Source: Candidatus Daviesbacteria bacterium
GTDB taxonomy: Bacteria; Patescibacteriota; Microgenomatia; Daviesbacterales; UBA10151
NCBI GenBank assembly: GCA_030646805.1
Contig: JAUSKZ010000034.1
Coordinates: 1-43,613 of the forward strand
Direction of reading: 5' to 3'
Length of the DNA: 43,613 nucleotides
A program made the translations under genes and the position numbers. The notes below the pieces were generated by a model, which ran no database searches, was not told the DNA's origin, and saw only the letters and a list, made by a program, of their open reading frames with translations. Below, one piece after another: positions 9,895 through 19,097 of this stretch; the first letter of the stretch is position 1, and every line of letters begins with the position of its first letter.

Positions 9895-10845
9895 TTAAAT
9901 TATTAGCTTTTTAACCTCTCTTGTTTCTATTTGATATTTTGTAAAGCCTGATTTTTCCAAAAGATAAAAGATTAATAAAATAAGAGGAGATAGGATCAGG
10001 GAGAGGATGGAGACAACAGATTTTAAGCTGAAGAAAAATAATAATCCGATAGTTGGAGCAACGTAGGCAGTATAGGGTTTAACAATTGATTCCAGTTGAG
10101 ATTTTAATAATCTAGTATAAAGAGGTTCTTGGGTATTAGGCTTGTCTGCAACCCCTTTAACATCTTTGTTGATGAGTGAATCTAGGATTCCAGGGTCCAG
10201 TCCATATTGTTTTAAAGCTTCGGGATTTTGTTTTAGTAAATTAAGCTGTTCCGCAGTGATCTGGGTAAAGGATGCCTCTTTTGGAGAAGTTGTTGATTGA
10301 TCGTCTTCAAACGAAGGCAACTTTGGGGTAAATGATTTTAAATAAGAATTAATTAAACTATCAGGAAGAGCAAAACCGTTTTGTTTAATTTGCTGATCTA
10401 GAGCTAGATAAACTCCCAAAGAGATGACTAAAGCCAAAAGGGTGGAGAGGGTTTTAACAGAGGGAGATAAAAGGACGGTTGGTTGAAAATTAAGGTAAGT
10501 TGTTAAAGTCCGCTTCAGTAAAAAATAAATTAAGATTATCGCTAAAAATAAACCCAAGGTAAGATAAAAAGCTAGCGGTGTAGAGATTAAAAGTAGGGGA
10601 ACTAAAGATAAAACCCCAGCCCCTCCTAAAACATAAACCCAACTATCTTGAAAGCTTAAAAATATGACTACCAGTAATGAAGAGAGAAGCAAGAATCCTG
10701 AAGTCAGGACTATTTTTAGTAAAATATTTCCATCAATTGATAGGATTAAATAAGGATCCAAATAAAAAGCTCGACTCTGCCAAAAAAGCAGCAGTAAAAG
10801 ATAAAACGAGGGAATAATAAAAATTAACTTTTTAATATATTGCAC
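9895..10845 (-). CDS. Hypothetical multi-pass membrane protein
   Basis: 316 aa, several hydrophobic helices around one soluble loop; GTG start after a TATGAT box. Confidence 0.8.
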   Translation of the reverse strand: MQYIKKLIFIIPSFYLLLLLFWQSRAFYLDPYLILSIDGNILLKIVLTSGFLLLSSLLVVIFLSFQDSWVYVLGGAGVLSLVPLLLISTPLAFYLTLGLFLAIILIYFLLKRTLTTYLNFQPTVLLSPSVKTLSTLLALVISLGVYLALDQQIKQNGFALPDSLINSYLKSFTPKLPSFEDDQSTTSPKEASFTQITAEQLNLLKQNPEALKQYGLDPGILDSLINKDVKGVADKPNTQEPLYTRLLKSQLESIVKPYTAYVAPTIGLLFFFSLKSVVSILSLILSPLILLIFYLLEKSGFTKYQIETREVKKLII

Positions 10846-10891
10846 TGCAAAATATCATAACATTTTAAGTAAATGTTAAAATACAACTTAA

Positions 10892-11410
10892 ATGAAAAGA
10901 TTTGCCGAAGTTAGTCGTGCCGAAAGAATAAAAAAAATTCTCTCCCAAAGAAGAGTAGATCTTGTCTTGGTTTTGGAAAATTTAGCTGAGGACCAGAACA
11001 TCTCGGCGATTTTGCGGACTGCTGAAGGGTTTGGGGTTGGCAGAATTTTTATTATCTATCCGGAAGGTAAGAAACCAAGATTATCTAATAATATCTCCTC
11101 CGGAGCCATTAAGTGGTTAGAGATAAAGTTTTATACTTCAACAGAGGTGTGCCTTGAGGAGTTAAAAAAAGAAGGGTTTAAGATATATGCTACCTATGTT
11201 AATCCAGAGGCTAAAAGTTTATGGAAGACAAAATTTCCCGGCAAGGTGGCCTTGGTAGTTGGTAATGAGGCCCAAGGAATCTCAGAAGAGGTGATAAAAT
11301 TTGCCGATAAAACAATTTATTTGCCGATGATGGGGATGACGGAAAGTTTTAACGTCTCGGTAGCTGCCGCGATTTTTTTATATGAGGTAGTCAGGCAAAA
11401 AGAAGGTTAG
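10892..11410 (+). CDS. trmH: SpoU/TrmH-family RNA methyltransferase
   Basis: LVLENL...QNISAILRTAEGFG, VVGNEAQGIS, LPMMGMTESFNVSVAAAI. Confidence 0.85.
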   Translation: MKRFAEVSRAERIKKILSQRRVDLVLVLENLAEDQNISAILRTAEGFGVGRIFIIYPEGKKPRLSNNISSGAIKWLEIKFYTSTEVCLEELKKEGFKIYATYVNPEAKSLWKTKFPGKVALVVGNEAQGISEEVIKFADKTIYLPMMGMTESFNVSVAAAIFLYEVVRQKEG

Positions 11411-11452
11411 CGATGAATTCTTTTGTTTTCTAGGTTACAATAAGATCAAGTC

Positions 11453-12619
11453 TTGACGTTCTCGCAGACTCGAACAATTATGTCAATTATGTCAGTGAAA
11501 ACAGTTTTACAACCGAAAGTTGCGATTGTCCACGATTACTTAAGAGAATATGGGGGAGCAGAGAGAGTTTTGGAAGCTCTTCATGAGATCTATCCTGAGG
11601 CACCAATATATACAGCCTATTTAAATTTGGAGGGACTTGGATTGCACCGAGAAAGAATTAAAGATTGGAATATTAAGACCTCGTGGCTTCAGAACTTGCC
11701 TTTGGCAAATTATTTAATCTCTCCACTTAGAATCCTCGCGCCGATGATCTTTGAAGGCTTTGATTTAAAAGAATATGACCTGGTGATCTCTTCTTGTAAT
11801 ACCTACTTTTCTAAAGCGGTTATTACTAAGCCAAATTCCTTACATATTAGTTATATCCATACCCCTCCGCGGTATTTATACGGCTATGCCACTTCATTTA
11901 ACTACAAAAAAAATCCCTTGACTCGGATATTAGGTGAGATCGCCAATCATTTTTTAAGGCTCTATGACTTTGAAGTCTCAGAGCGCCCGGATGTTTTAGT
12001 GGCTAATTCAAAAAATGTGGCCTCCCGGATTCAAAAGTTTTATCGCCGAGATTCGGTGGTGATTTATCCGCCGGTCGATATTGAAAAGTTTAAAAAAGCC
12101 CAAACGGCAGCCCGAGGGGATTATTTTTTATCGGTGGGTCGTTTAGTCCGAGGTAAGGGGGTGGATATTATCGTTAGAGCTTGTTCGGAGTTGGGGGTAC
12201 CCTTAAAAGTGGTGGGGAGTGGGCCGGAGCTTGCAGTATTAAGAAGATTGGCTGGCAGGAGCGTTGAGTTTATAGGGTCAGTTGCTGATACCGATCTGCC
12301 GTCCTTTTACGCCAACGCTCAGGCGACAATTGTGGCCTCAGTTGATGAGGATTTTGGGATAGTTCCTGTTGAATCAATGGCCTCTGGTACTCCGGTGATA
12401 GCTTTTGCCGGTGGAGGGTTTTTAGAAACAGTAATCAGTGGCAAAACCGGAGAGTTTTTTAAGGAGGCAACTGCTGAGTCTTTAATCCGGGTGCTCGAAA
12501 ATTTTGAAGGGTCGAGATACGAATCCGAAGACTGTCAAAAGCAAGCTGAAAAATTCTCTGAGGATATTTTTAAAAGGCAGATTTTGAAATTAGTTGCAGA
12601 TCACTTAAAGATTAATTAG
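11453..12619 (+). CDS. Glycosyltransferase family 4 (true start probably ATG 11480 or 11489)
   Basis: VAIVHDYL..YGGAERVL, HTPPRYLY, GRLVRGKG, EDFGIVPVESMASGTPVIA. Confidence 0.92.
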   Translation: MTFSQTRTIMSIMSVKTVLQPKVAIVHDYLREYGGAERVLEALHEIYPEAPIYTAYLNLEGLGLHRERIKDWNIKTSWLQNLPLANYLISPLRILAPMIFEGFDLKEYDLVISSCNTYFSKAVITKPNSLHISYIHTPPRYLYGYATSFNYKKNPLTRILGEIANHFLRLYDFEVSERPDVLVANSKNVASRIQKFYRRDSVVIYPPVDIEKFKKAQTAARGDYFLSVGRLVRGKGVDIIVRACSELGVPLKVVGSGPELAVLRRLAGRSVEFIGSVADTDLPSFYANAQATIVASVDEDFGIVPVESMASGTPVIAFAGGGFLETVISGKTGEFFKEATAESLIRVLENFEGSRYESEDCQKQAEKFSEDIFKRQILKLVADHLKIN

Positions 12620-12634
12620 AATACTTAAATAAAG

Positions 12635-12904
12635 ATGCGTGAGTTTCATAATTCTAATGGAATAGTTCCGTCTCCAGAAGATATGGTGATTTTGGAAGCT
12701 TCTCGCTTGGCTGAAGGAAAAACCAGAGGAGTGGGTGGTAAGCCAAATCCAATTTCAGAGGCAGAATCTCGCCGGGCCTTTCCGGATATATATGATGATT
12801 TAGAGTCAAGAGCTCCTTTTTATCCTGAATGGATGTATGCCTTAGGTAATCGCTGGACTACTTTAAAAGGTCGGGTCAGTAAAATATTTAATCCTAGGCA
12901 GTAA
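12635..12904 (+). CDS. Hypothetical protein
   Basis: 89-aa ORF filling the gap between GT4 and mutM on the same strand; no recognised motif. Confidence 0.55.
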   Translation: MREFHNSNGIVPSPEDMVILEASRLAEGKTRGVGGKPNPISEAESRRAFPDIYDDLESRAPFYPEWMYALGNRWTTLKGRVSKIFNPRQ

Positions 12905-12921
12905 ATAATCCGTCCTCTGTT

Positions 12922-13770
12922 ATGCCAGAACTTCCTGAGGTTGAAACAATTAAATTAGGGTTACAAGGCCAAGTGGTAGGTCAAACTATCAAAAAAATTG
13001 AGGTTTTAACCCCTAAATCTTTTCAGGGTGATCCTCGGAACGTTAATGGCCAGAAGATTAGTAATGTTTTTAGAAGAGCCAAGATGTTAGGCGTTGAGCT
13101 GGGGAACAGTTGGATCGTTTTGTTCCATCTTAAGATGACTGGTCAAATTATATTAGTAAGTAATAGGGCAAGATTTGTCGGTGGACACCCGACCAGCGAT
13201 ATTCAAGGAGAGATGCCAAATAACTCAACCAGAGTAATTTTTGAGTTAGATAACGGATCAAAGATTTATTTTAATGATCAGAGAAAATTTGGCTGGGTAA
13301 AAGCTATCAGCTCAAAGCTAATAGCTAATAGCTTTAATAGTTTGGGGCCTGAACCGCTAGAAGAAACTTTTACCCTGGATGTTTTTAAATCGCAACTTCA
13401 AAAGAGAAAAAATACTCCAGTGAAAGTGGTAATTATGGATCAAACAGTCGTGGCTGGAGTTGGGAACATTTATGCTTGCGAGGCCTTGTTTATGGCCAAT
13501 ATTTTACCTACCAGACGGATCAAGGACTTAACTCCAAAAGAGGTCAGTAAGTTGCATCAAGCCATCGTTGACGTTTTAACTTTAGGGATCAAGCACGGCG
13601 GATCAAGTAGGAGCCATTATGTGAACTCAGAGGGCAAAAAGGGTCACTTTTTAGACTTTGCTTTTGTTTATAACCGATCCGGAGAGAGTTGTCGAACCTG
13701 TCAGGAGGTTATTAATAAAACAGTAGTTGGAGGCAGGGGAACATTCTTTTGTAGGTTTTGCCAACGGTAG
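12922..13770 (+). CDS. mutM: Formamidopyrimidine-DNA glycosylase
   Basis: N-terminal PELPEVET, HLKMTG, DQRKFG, AGVGNIYACE, C-terminal zinc finger CRTC...FCRFCQ. Confidence 0.97.
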   Translation: MPELPEVETIKLGLQGQVVGQTIKKIEVLTPKSFQGDPRNVNGQKISNVFRRAKMLGVELGNSWIVLFHLKMTGQIILVSNRARFVGGHPTSDIQGEMPNNSTRVIFELDNGSKIYFNDQRKFGWVKAISSKLIANSFNSLGPEPLEETFTLDVFKSQLQKRKNTPVKVVIMDQTVVAGVGNIYACEALFMANILPTRRIKDLTPKEVSKLHQAIVDVLTLGIKHGGSSRSHYVNSEGKKGHFLDFAFVYNRSGESCRTCQEVINKTVVGGRGTFFCRFCQR

Positions 13771-13811
13771 CCTCAAGCTATTTCAGGTGATATACTTCAC
13801 TAATCGGTTAT

Positions 13812-15206
13812 ATGAGTGACAACCCCACCTATTCCTCTGTCCTTTCCAACCGAGGCTTTCGGTTTTTATGGTTTAACCAGATTTTGGTTCAACTAGCCTA
13901 CAACACCCTAAACTTTGCCCTGATCTTGTGGGTTTTTAAGCTGACCGATACTAATTTAGCTTTATCGGCCTTAATGTTGGCTATTTTTATCCCCAACGTC
14001 CTTTTTGGAATGTTTGCTGGAGTCTTTGTTGATATCTTTGATCGCCGGAAAATAATTATTTTAATAGATCTATTTTTAATTATCGCCTTTGTTATATTTC
14101 TATTTGTTAAACACTCATTTCCTTTGATTCTACTCAATACCTTTTTGGTAAACTCTCTAGCAACTTTTTTCATGCCGTCTGAGAGCTCGTCGATCCCAAT
14201 GTTAATCCCTAAAAAGCTGCTCTTTTTAGCCAATTCACTCTTCTCTTTAACTTTATATGGATCGTTTATGCTAGGTTTTACAATCGGCGGGCCGGTTCTT
14301 AATAACTGGGGGATCAACGCTTTATTTATGATGGGAATATTGATGATGATATTGGCCTTATTTACTGCCACCCGTTTGCCAAAGATAAAATCTGAAAGAC
14401 GGGATGAGAAGTATCAAAACCTATTATCTTTTGATGGGGTGGGGAGGTTGGCAAAACTGGTGACCGAGGAGTCTCGGGAAGCCTTAATGTTTATTAAGGG
14501 AAAGCTGACAATCTCTGTATCAATCGGCCTTTTATCGGTAGTCCAGGGAATAGTTGGAATTTTAGCAGTCATGCTCCCCTCATACCTCGAAAGAATTTTA
14601 AAAATCCACGCTACGGATTCCTCTTATTTTGTGATGTTGCCCCTGGGGTTAGGGATGGTCTCAGGAGCCTTTTTGATGGGACGCGTGTTTCACCGTATAC
14701 CTCGGCGGTCTTTGGTCATTCCGGCGGTTATCGGAGTTGGGATACTGTTTATCTTGGTGGGGACAGTTCCAACTATTGCTGATTATTTAAAATCTTCAGA
14801 GTTAACCCAAAATATCTCCCGACCCCGTTATTTTTTCCGGGCTCCTTCCCTGGTCTCATTTTTTGCATTGGGAGCTTTTATTTTAGGACTTTTAACTGTC
14901 TCAATTATTATCCCTTGTCAGACAGTTTTACAAGAGAGTGCCAATCAAAAAAACCGAGGAAAGATCTTTGCCGTTTTATCGGTTTTTATGACCGCCTTTT
15001 CGGCCATTCCGGTTCTTTTATCGGGGTTTTTATCTGATCTCTTTGGAGTAACCCCAATATTTTTGGGGTTAGGAGTATTAATTTTAGCCGGTGGTCTCTT
15101 GGCCCTTCGCCCGAATTTATTTTTTCCTCAAGCATATCTGCCAATCAAATTAAAAGAGTTTTTGGGACTCGGCCACTGGCAGGAGAATTTTAATACCAAA
15201 GGTTGA
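13812..15206 (+). CDS. MFS transporter (DHA3/macrolide-efflux-like)
   Basis: About 12 TM helices, GVFVDIFDRRKII motif A, RGKIFAV in the C-terminal half. Confidence 0.9.
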   Translation: MSDNPTYSSVLSNRGFRFLWFNQILVQLAYNTLNFALILWVFKLTDTNLALSALMLAIFIPNVLFGMFAGVFVDIFDRRKIIILIDLFLIIAFVIFLFVKHSFPLILLNTFLVNSLATFFMPSESSSIPMLIPKKLLFLANSLFSLTLYGSFMLGFTIGGPVLNNWGINALFMMGILMMILALFTATRLPKIKSERRDEKYQNLLSFDGVGRLAKLVTEESREALMFIKGKLTISVSIGLLSVVQGIVGILAVMLPSYLERILKIHATDSSYFVMLPLGLGMVSGAFLMGRVFHRIPRRSLVIPAVIGVGILFILVGTVPTIADYLKSSELTQNISRPRYFFRAPSLVSFFALGAFILGLLTVSIIIPCQTVLQESANQKNRGKIFAVLSVFMTAFSAIPVLLSGFLSDLFGVTPIFLGLGVLILAGGLLALRPNLFFPQAYLPIKLKEFLGLGHWQENFNTKG

Positions 15207-15237
15207 TTAATCGCCTCGCTTTAGATACGATCGCCCC

Positions 15238-16353
15238 ATGTTTTTGCAAACTTTAAATTTAAGCAATTTTCGAAATTTTAGTAAAGCTCAGGTGGAGTTT
15301 GAGGAACTAACTCTCTTTATTGGAGACAACGCTCAAGGCAAATCAAATATCTTAGAGGCAATCTATTTTTTAGCCACCACTAAATCTTATAAAGCCGATA
15401 AAGATTCCAATCTAATCTCCTCTCAGCAAGAAGTTTGCCGGGTTGAGGGAGAGTTAAAAGAGAATAGTATGGATCTGACTCAGCTTGAGATAGTCATGCA
15501 GGCCGCAGGTACTGGAAGTATTGTAAATACTGGAGGTACTGGAAACGTTGACGAGCCGAGTTTTTTAAAGAGGGTAAAAGTTAATGGAGTTTCAAAAAGA
15601 GTCGTCGATTATATTGGTAATTTAGTGGTGATATTTTTCTCCCCGGAAGATATGAACTTAATAATAGGTTCACCCTCAACGAGGCGTTGGCACATTGACC
15701 TAACTTTAGCCCAGGTGGACAGGGTTTATAAAAAAGCTATCTCAGTTTATAGTGAAGCCATAACTTCCCGTAACCGGGTTTTAAAAAGGATCAGGGAAGA
15801 GGTTGCCAGAGCCGGTGAACTTGAATATTGGACCAAGCAGATTTTGGAAAATGGGTTAATTATCCAACAAAAAAGGACTGAATTTTTTAATAACTTAAAC
15901 CTCCAAATCCCTAAATTAGGTTTGGAGGCTGGATTTTTAAAAGATTTAACTTTGATTTATAAGGAGAGCTTAATTAGCCAGGAACGCTTAGAGACTTACC
16001 AGAGCCGGGAGATCGCCGCCGCCACTACTTTAATTGGGCCTCACAGGGACGATTTTGCGATGTTTGCAGGGGAAAGAAACCTATTTTTATTTGGTTCCAG
16101 GGGCGAGATCAGGACGGCCATCTTAGATTTAAAATTGGCTGAGCTGGAATATGTCAGTCAAATAAAGGGTTCCCGGGCTGTTTTACTGTTGGATGATATC
16201 TTTTCGGAGCTTGACGAAAAACACCGGGAGTATGTTGTTTCCTTGGTCTCCGGCCAGCAAACTATCATTACTGCTATAGAAAAAGGTGAGGTTCCGCAGT
16301 CGTTACTTAAAAAAGCTAAGATAATTACTGTGAGTCTCGGAGAGTTAGTCTGA
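15238..16353 (+). CDS. recF: DNA replication and repair protein RecF
   Basis: NFRN, GDNAQGKSNILEAI, GPHRDD, GSRGE, LLLDDIFSELD. Confidence 0.96.
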   Translation: MFLQTLNLSNFRNFSKAQVEFEELTLFIGDNAQGKSNILEAIYFLATTKSYKADKDSNLISSQQEVCRVEGELKENSMDLTQLEIVMQAAGTGSIVNTGGTGNVDEPSFLKRVKVNGVSKRVVDYIGNLVVIFFSPEDMNLIIGSPSTRRWHIDLTLAQVDRVYKKAISVYSEAITSRNRVLKRIREEVARAGELEYWTKQILENGLIIQQKRTEFFNNLNLQIPKLGLEAGFLKDLTLIYKESLISQERLETYQSREIAAATTLIGPHRDDFAMFAGERNLFLFGSRGEIRTAILDLKLAELEYVSQIKGSRAVLLLDDIFSELDEKHREYVVSLVSGQQTIITAIEKGEVPQSLLKKAKIITVSLGELV

Positions 16354-16635
16354 CTGGTGTCGGTGCAGTTTGGCAGCCAATTTTGACAGTTGATAGATCA
16401 CAAGAACCACCAATATTGTCAATAAGATTGCATAAAAAAACCTAAAGATCACTCCCGAGGAAACCGGGAAAAACTTTTCAATATACTCTTTGACAAAGCT
16501 TTGGATCGCTTCGTTCCAAGCTAACGCTGCCACAAGTCCAAAGCCGGAGGTCGCCAGGTTTAACATCTGGGAGACGAGCTCTTCCTTAAAAGATTTTTCT
16601 TTTTGAACCTTTGATTTTTTGGAAATAGCCATCAA
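16345..16635 (-). CDS. Small membrane protein, DUF5654-like
   Basis: LATSGFGLVAALAWNEAIQ...FFYAILLT pattern with two TM helices. Confidence 0.75.
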   Translation of the reverse strand: MMAISKKSKVQKEKSFKEELVSQMLNLATSGFGLVAALAWNEAIQSFVKEYIEKFFPVSSGVIFRFFYAILLTILVVLVIYQLSKLAAKLHRHQSD

Positions 16636-16719
16636 ATCATTCTAAATTATCTCCTATGTGATCTCAAGAGGTATTTAGATGAGGTAATTTTGCGGTAATT
16701 ATGCAATAATTCTCCAAGA

Positions 16720-16843
16720 GAGAATTATTGGGCGGTGAAACCGACCTACCTTTCTAAAAAGATTAGTAATTGTCGGGCAGCCTTAGCTGACCTACCTCTG
16801 TAAAAGGAACGAGAATCATCGGGCGGTGAAACCGACCTACCTT
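16720..16843. repeat. Three tandem ~33-nt hairpin-forming repeats, period 45-46 nt (candidate structured RNA)
   Basis: GAGAATTATTGGGCGGTGAAACCGACCTACCT (16720), AGTAATTGTCGGGCAGCCTTAGCTGACCTACCT (16765), GAGAATCATCGGGCGGTGAAACCGACCTACCT (16811). Confidence 0.85.
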
Positions 16844-16857
16844 GTAGCAGTAAACAT

Positions 16858-17559
16858 ATGAACAATTTCAGCCAGTTTATCTTTAAAATTTTAAAAAGTG
16901 ATACTCTGATCCCAATTATTTTAATCATAACCTATCTGATATTTGTTATCGTGGCCCGGGGAACTCTACCTCCTCCAGAGGAACTTCTTAAAACTTTTGC
17001 CAGATTTTATGAGCAGTATGGTTATGAGATTATCTTTGTAAGCGCCCTGCTTGAGAGTTTAATCTTGATAAATTTACTGGTTCCGGGAACAGTTGCCCTC
17101 GGAATGGGAGCAGTTTTTGCAAGTACCGGTCAAGTTGAGCTAACTCTGGTAATTTTAACAGCTTTTGCTGGAGCAATTTTAGGATACGCAATTGATTACC
17201 TACTAGGCTATTTGGGGATAGGGGAGATCTTAGATAAGGTTGGTCAAAGGCAGATTTTGGTTCTGGCTAAGAAACAGTTAAAGGTTTTGGGGACTCGGGG
17301 TTTAATTTTAGGATTTATTAGTCCCAACGTTGGAGCTTACTTATCACTGGCCGCCGGAGCTTTGAAACTAAGCTTAAAAGAGTTTCTCCCGATTGCCTTA
17401 ATTTCCAGTCTAGTTTGGCTAACTCTTTGGGGTTTACTTTTCTACTTTGTGGGTGAGGCAATATTGACCATAGTTATAAAATATTGGCTAGGGGTCTTTG
17501 TTGTAGTTTTTGGGGGCATGATCTTAGTTAAATTTTGGAATAGACAGGAGAGTGACTAA
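16858..17559 (+). CDS. DedA/VTT-family membrane protein
   Basis: YGYEIIFVSALLES...LVPG, GAILGYAIDYLLG, SLAAGALKLSLKEF. TAATG stop/start overlap with the Fic gene. Confidence 0.85.
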   Translation: MNNFSQFIFKILKSDTLIPIILIITYLIFVIVARGTLPPPEELLKTFARFYEQYGYEIIFVSALLESLILINLLVPGTVALGMGAVFASTGQVELTLVILTAFAGAILGYAIDYLLGYLGIGEILDKVGQRQILVLAKKQLKVLGTRGLILGFISPNVGAYLSLAAGALKLSLKEFLPIALISSLVWLTLWGLLFYFVGEAILTIVIKYWLGVFVVVFGGMILVKFWNRQESD

Positions 17560-18635
17560 TGTTTGTCCCTAAATATACCATCACCAATAAAACCTTAAAA
17601 AATATTGGGGTGATTGACGCCTCGCGGGAGGTAATTTTAAACGCCCCGTTAATTCCGGCTTGGGAAGCTAAATTTAGAAGAGAGGCCCTGGAGAGAACGG
17701 TTCACCACGGAACTCACCTTGAAGGAAATCAATTATCTTTTGAACAAGCTCAGGAAGTTTTGGATGGCAGGACAGTTACGGCTCGAGAGAGGGATATTCA
17801 AGAGGTAATTAACCTTCGGAACGTCTTAAAGTTTATTGACTCCATCTTCGATAAAATTGGTTCTGGTAAATCCTATATTTTAACCCTGGACACGATTTTT
17901 GAAATTCACCGGATAACCATGGAGAAGCTTTTAGGAGAGGGACAAACTGGCAAAGTTAGAGGGCGCCAGGTAGTAATTAGAAATACTCAAACTGGACAAA
18001 TTACTTATACCCCTCCTCCGGCGGTTGAAGTTCCGTTTTTAATGGAAGATTTGATTAATTGGGTTAACTCTGAATCCTCTTCAGATTTCCATCCAGTAAT
18101 CAAAGCCGCTATCATCCATTATGAGGTTGCCAGAATCCACCCTTTTGTTGATGGAAACGGCCGGGTAGCCCGGGCCTTGGCCACGCTAATCCTATTTTTA
18201 GAAGGCTATGATATTAAAAAGTTCTTTTCACTTGAGGAGTATTTTGACGCTGATCAGATGAATTATTACTTAACTTTACAGGCAATCTCCAATCAATTGG
18301 TTTTAGATAACCACGAGCGGGACTTAACACCTTGGTTGGATTATTTTGTGGAAGGGGTAGCGATTGAGTTAAATAGAATTAAAGAACGGGTCAGGCGAAT
18401 CTCGGTGGATTCCCGGGTTAAAGATAAATTAGGATCACAGCTGACCTTAAATGAGAGGCAGATGATGATTATGGAGTACTTACACCGCAATAAAGAGATG
18501 CGCAATAAAGATTTTAGAAAAATCTTTCCAGATCACTCCGACGATACGGTATTACGGGAGATAAGGTTTTTAAAACAAAAGGGACTGGTTAAAAAAACTG
18601 GTGGGACTAAAAATGCAGTCTATGTTTTACGCTAG
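17559..18635 (+). CDS. Fic family protein with C-terminal HTH
   Basis: Canonical HPFVDGNGRVAR, N-terminal inhibitory-type THLEGN, C-terminal winged-HTH-like segment. Confidence 0.95.
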   Translation: MFVPKYTITNKTLKNIGVIDASREVILNAPLIPAWEAKFRREALERTVHHGTHLEGNQLSFEQAQEVLDGRTVTARERDIQEVINLRNVLKFIDSIFDKIGSGKSYILTLDTIFEIHRITMEKLLGEGQTGKVRGRQVVIRNTQTGQITYTPPPAVEVPFLMEDLINWVNSESSSDFHPVIKAAIIHYEVARIHPFVDGNGRVARALATLILFLEGYDIKKFFSLEEYFDADQMNYYLTLQAISNQLVLDNHERDLTPWLDYFVEGVAIELNRIKERVRRISVDSRVKDKLGSQLTLNERQMMIMEYLHRNKEMRNKDFRKIFPDHSDDTVLREIRFLKQKGLVKKTGGTKNAVYVLR

Positions 18636-18700
18636 GAAAACTCAAGCTTTGGTACGACAAAGCGAGTGCCGCTTATGTTTTACGCTAGGAAAACTGAAGC
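18621..18700. repeat. 27-bp direct repeat pair separated by 26 bp
   Basis: TATGTTTTACGCTAGGAAAACTCAAGC (18621-18647) and TATGTTTTACGCTAGGAAAACTGAAGC (18674-18700), one mismatch. Confidence 0.92.
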
Positions 18701-19053
18701 AATTTTTTTCTTTGTCTCCAGGCGCCTAAGTTAATTATTGGGGTATCGGTGTATTTATTATCAATGGGCAGCTCGGGATTTTTGGTTGAGTTTTCCAGAA
18801 GTATGGATATCAAGGCTTGCAGGTCTTCTAGTCCTTGGCGGGAGTTGGTGTCCACTTGTTTTGAAAAACGCTCTCTATCTTCTGGGGAAGCGTTGGGGTC
18901 GTTTGCCAACTCACTCATGCCGGGAACCGTCTGAAGGGTTTGGTAGGGTCCTTCGCGGATTGTATAGGCCACTATCTTTATTAGTTCAGCAGGGTCGATT
19001 TTTTTCCATTCAACCGTAGGTGGTGAACCTTTTTCAGCAGTTGTGTCTGACAT
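18685..19053 (-). CDS. Hypothetical protein
   Basis: 122-aa ORF with a TAAAAT box 6 nt before ATG, as for other genes here. Confidence 0.65.
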   Translation of the reverse strand: MSDTTAEKGSPPTVEWKKIDPAELIKIVAYTIREGPYQTLQTVPGMSELANDPNASPEDRERFSKQVDTNSRQGLEDLQALISILLENSTKNPELPIDNKYTDTPIINLGAWRQRKKLLQFS

Positions 19054-19097
19054 ATCTGCATTTTACAACCACCATTTGATCTATTACAATCCTTAAG

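Noticed and set aside
16720..16843. CRISPR array
   Set aside because: Spacers are only 12-13 nt, the middle repeat diverges in a structure-preserving way, and there are no cas genes in the window.
18621..18700. Mini-CRISPR (repeat-spacer-repeat)
   Set aside because: Only two copies, both overlapping gene ends, with no cas genes; a local duplication explains it better.
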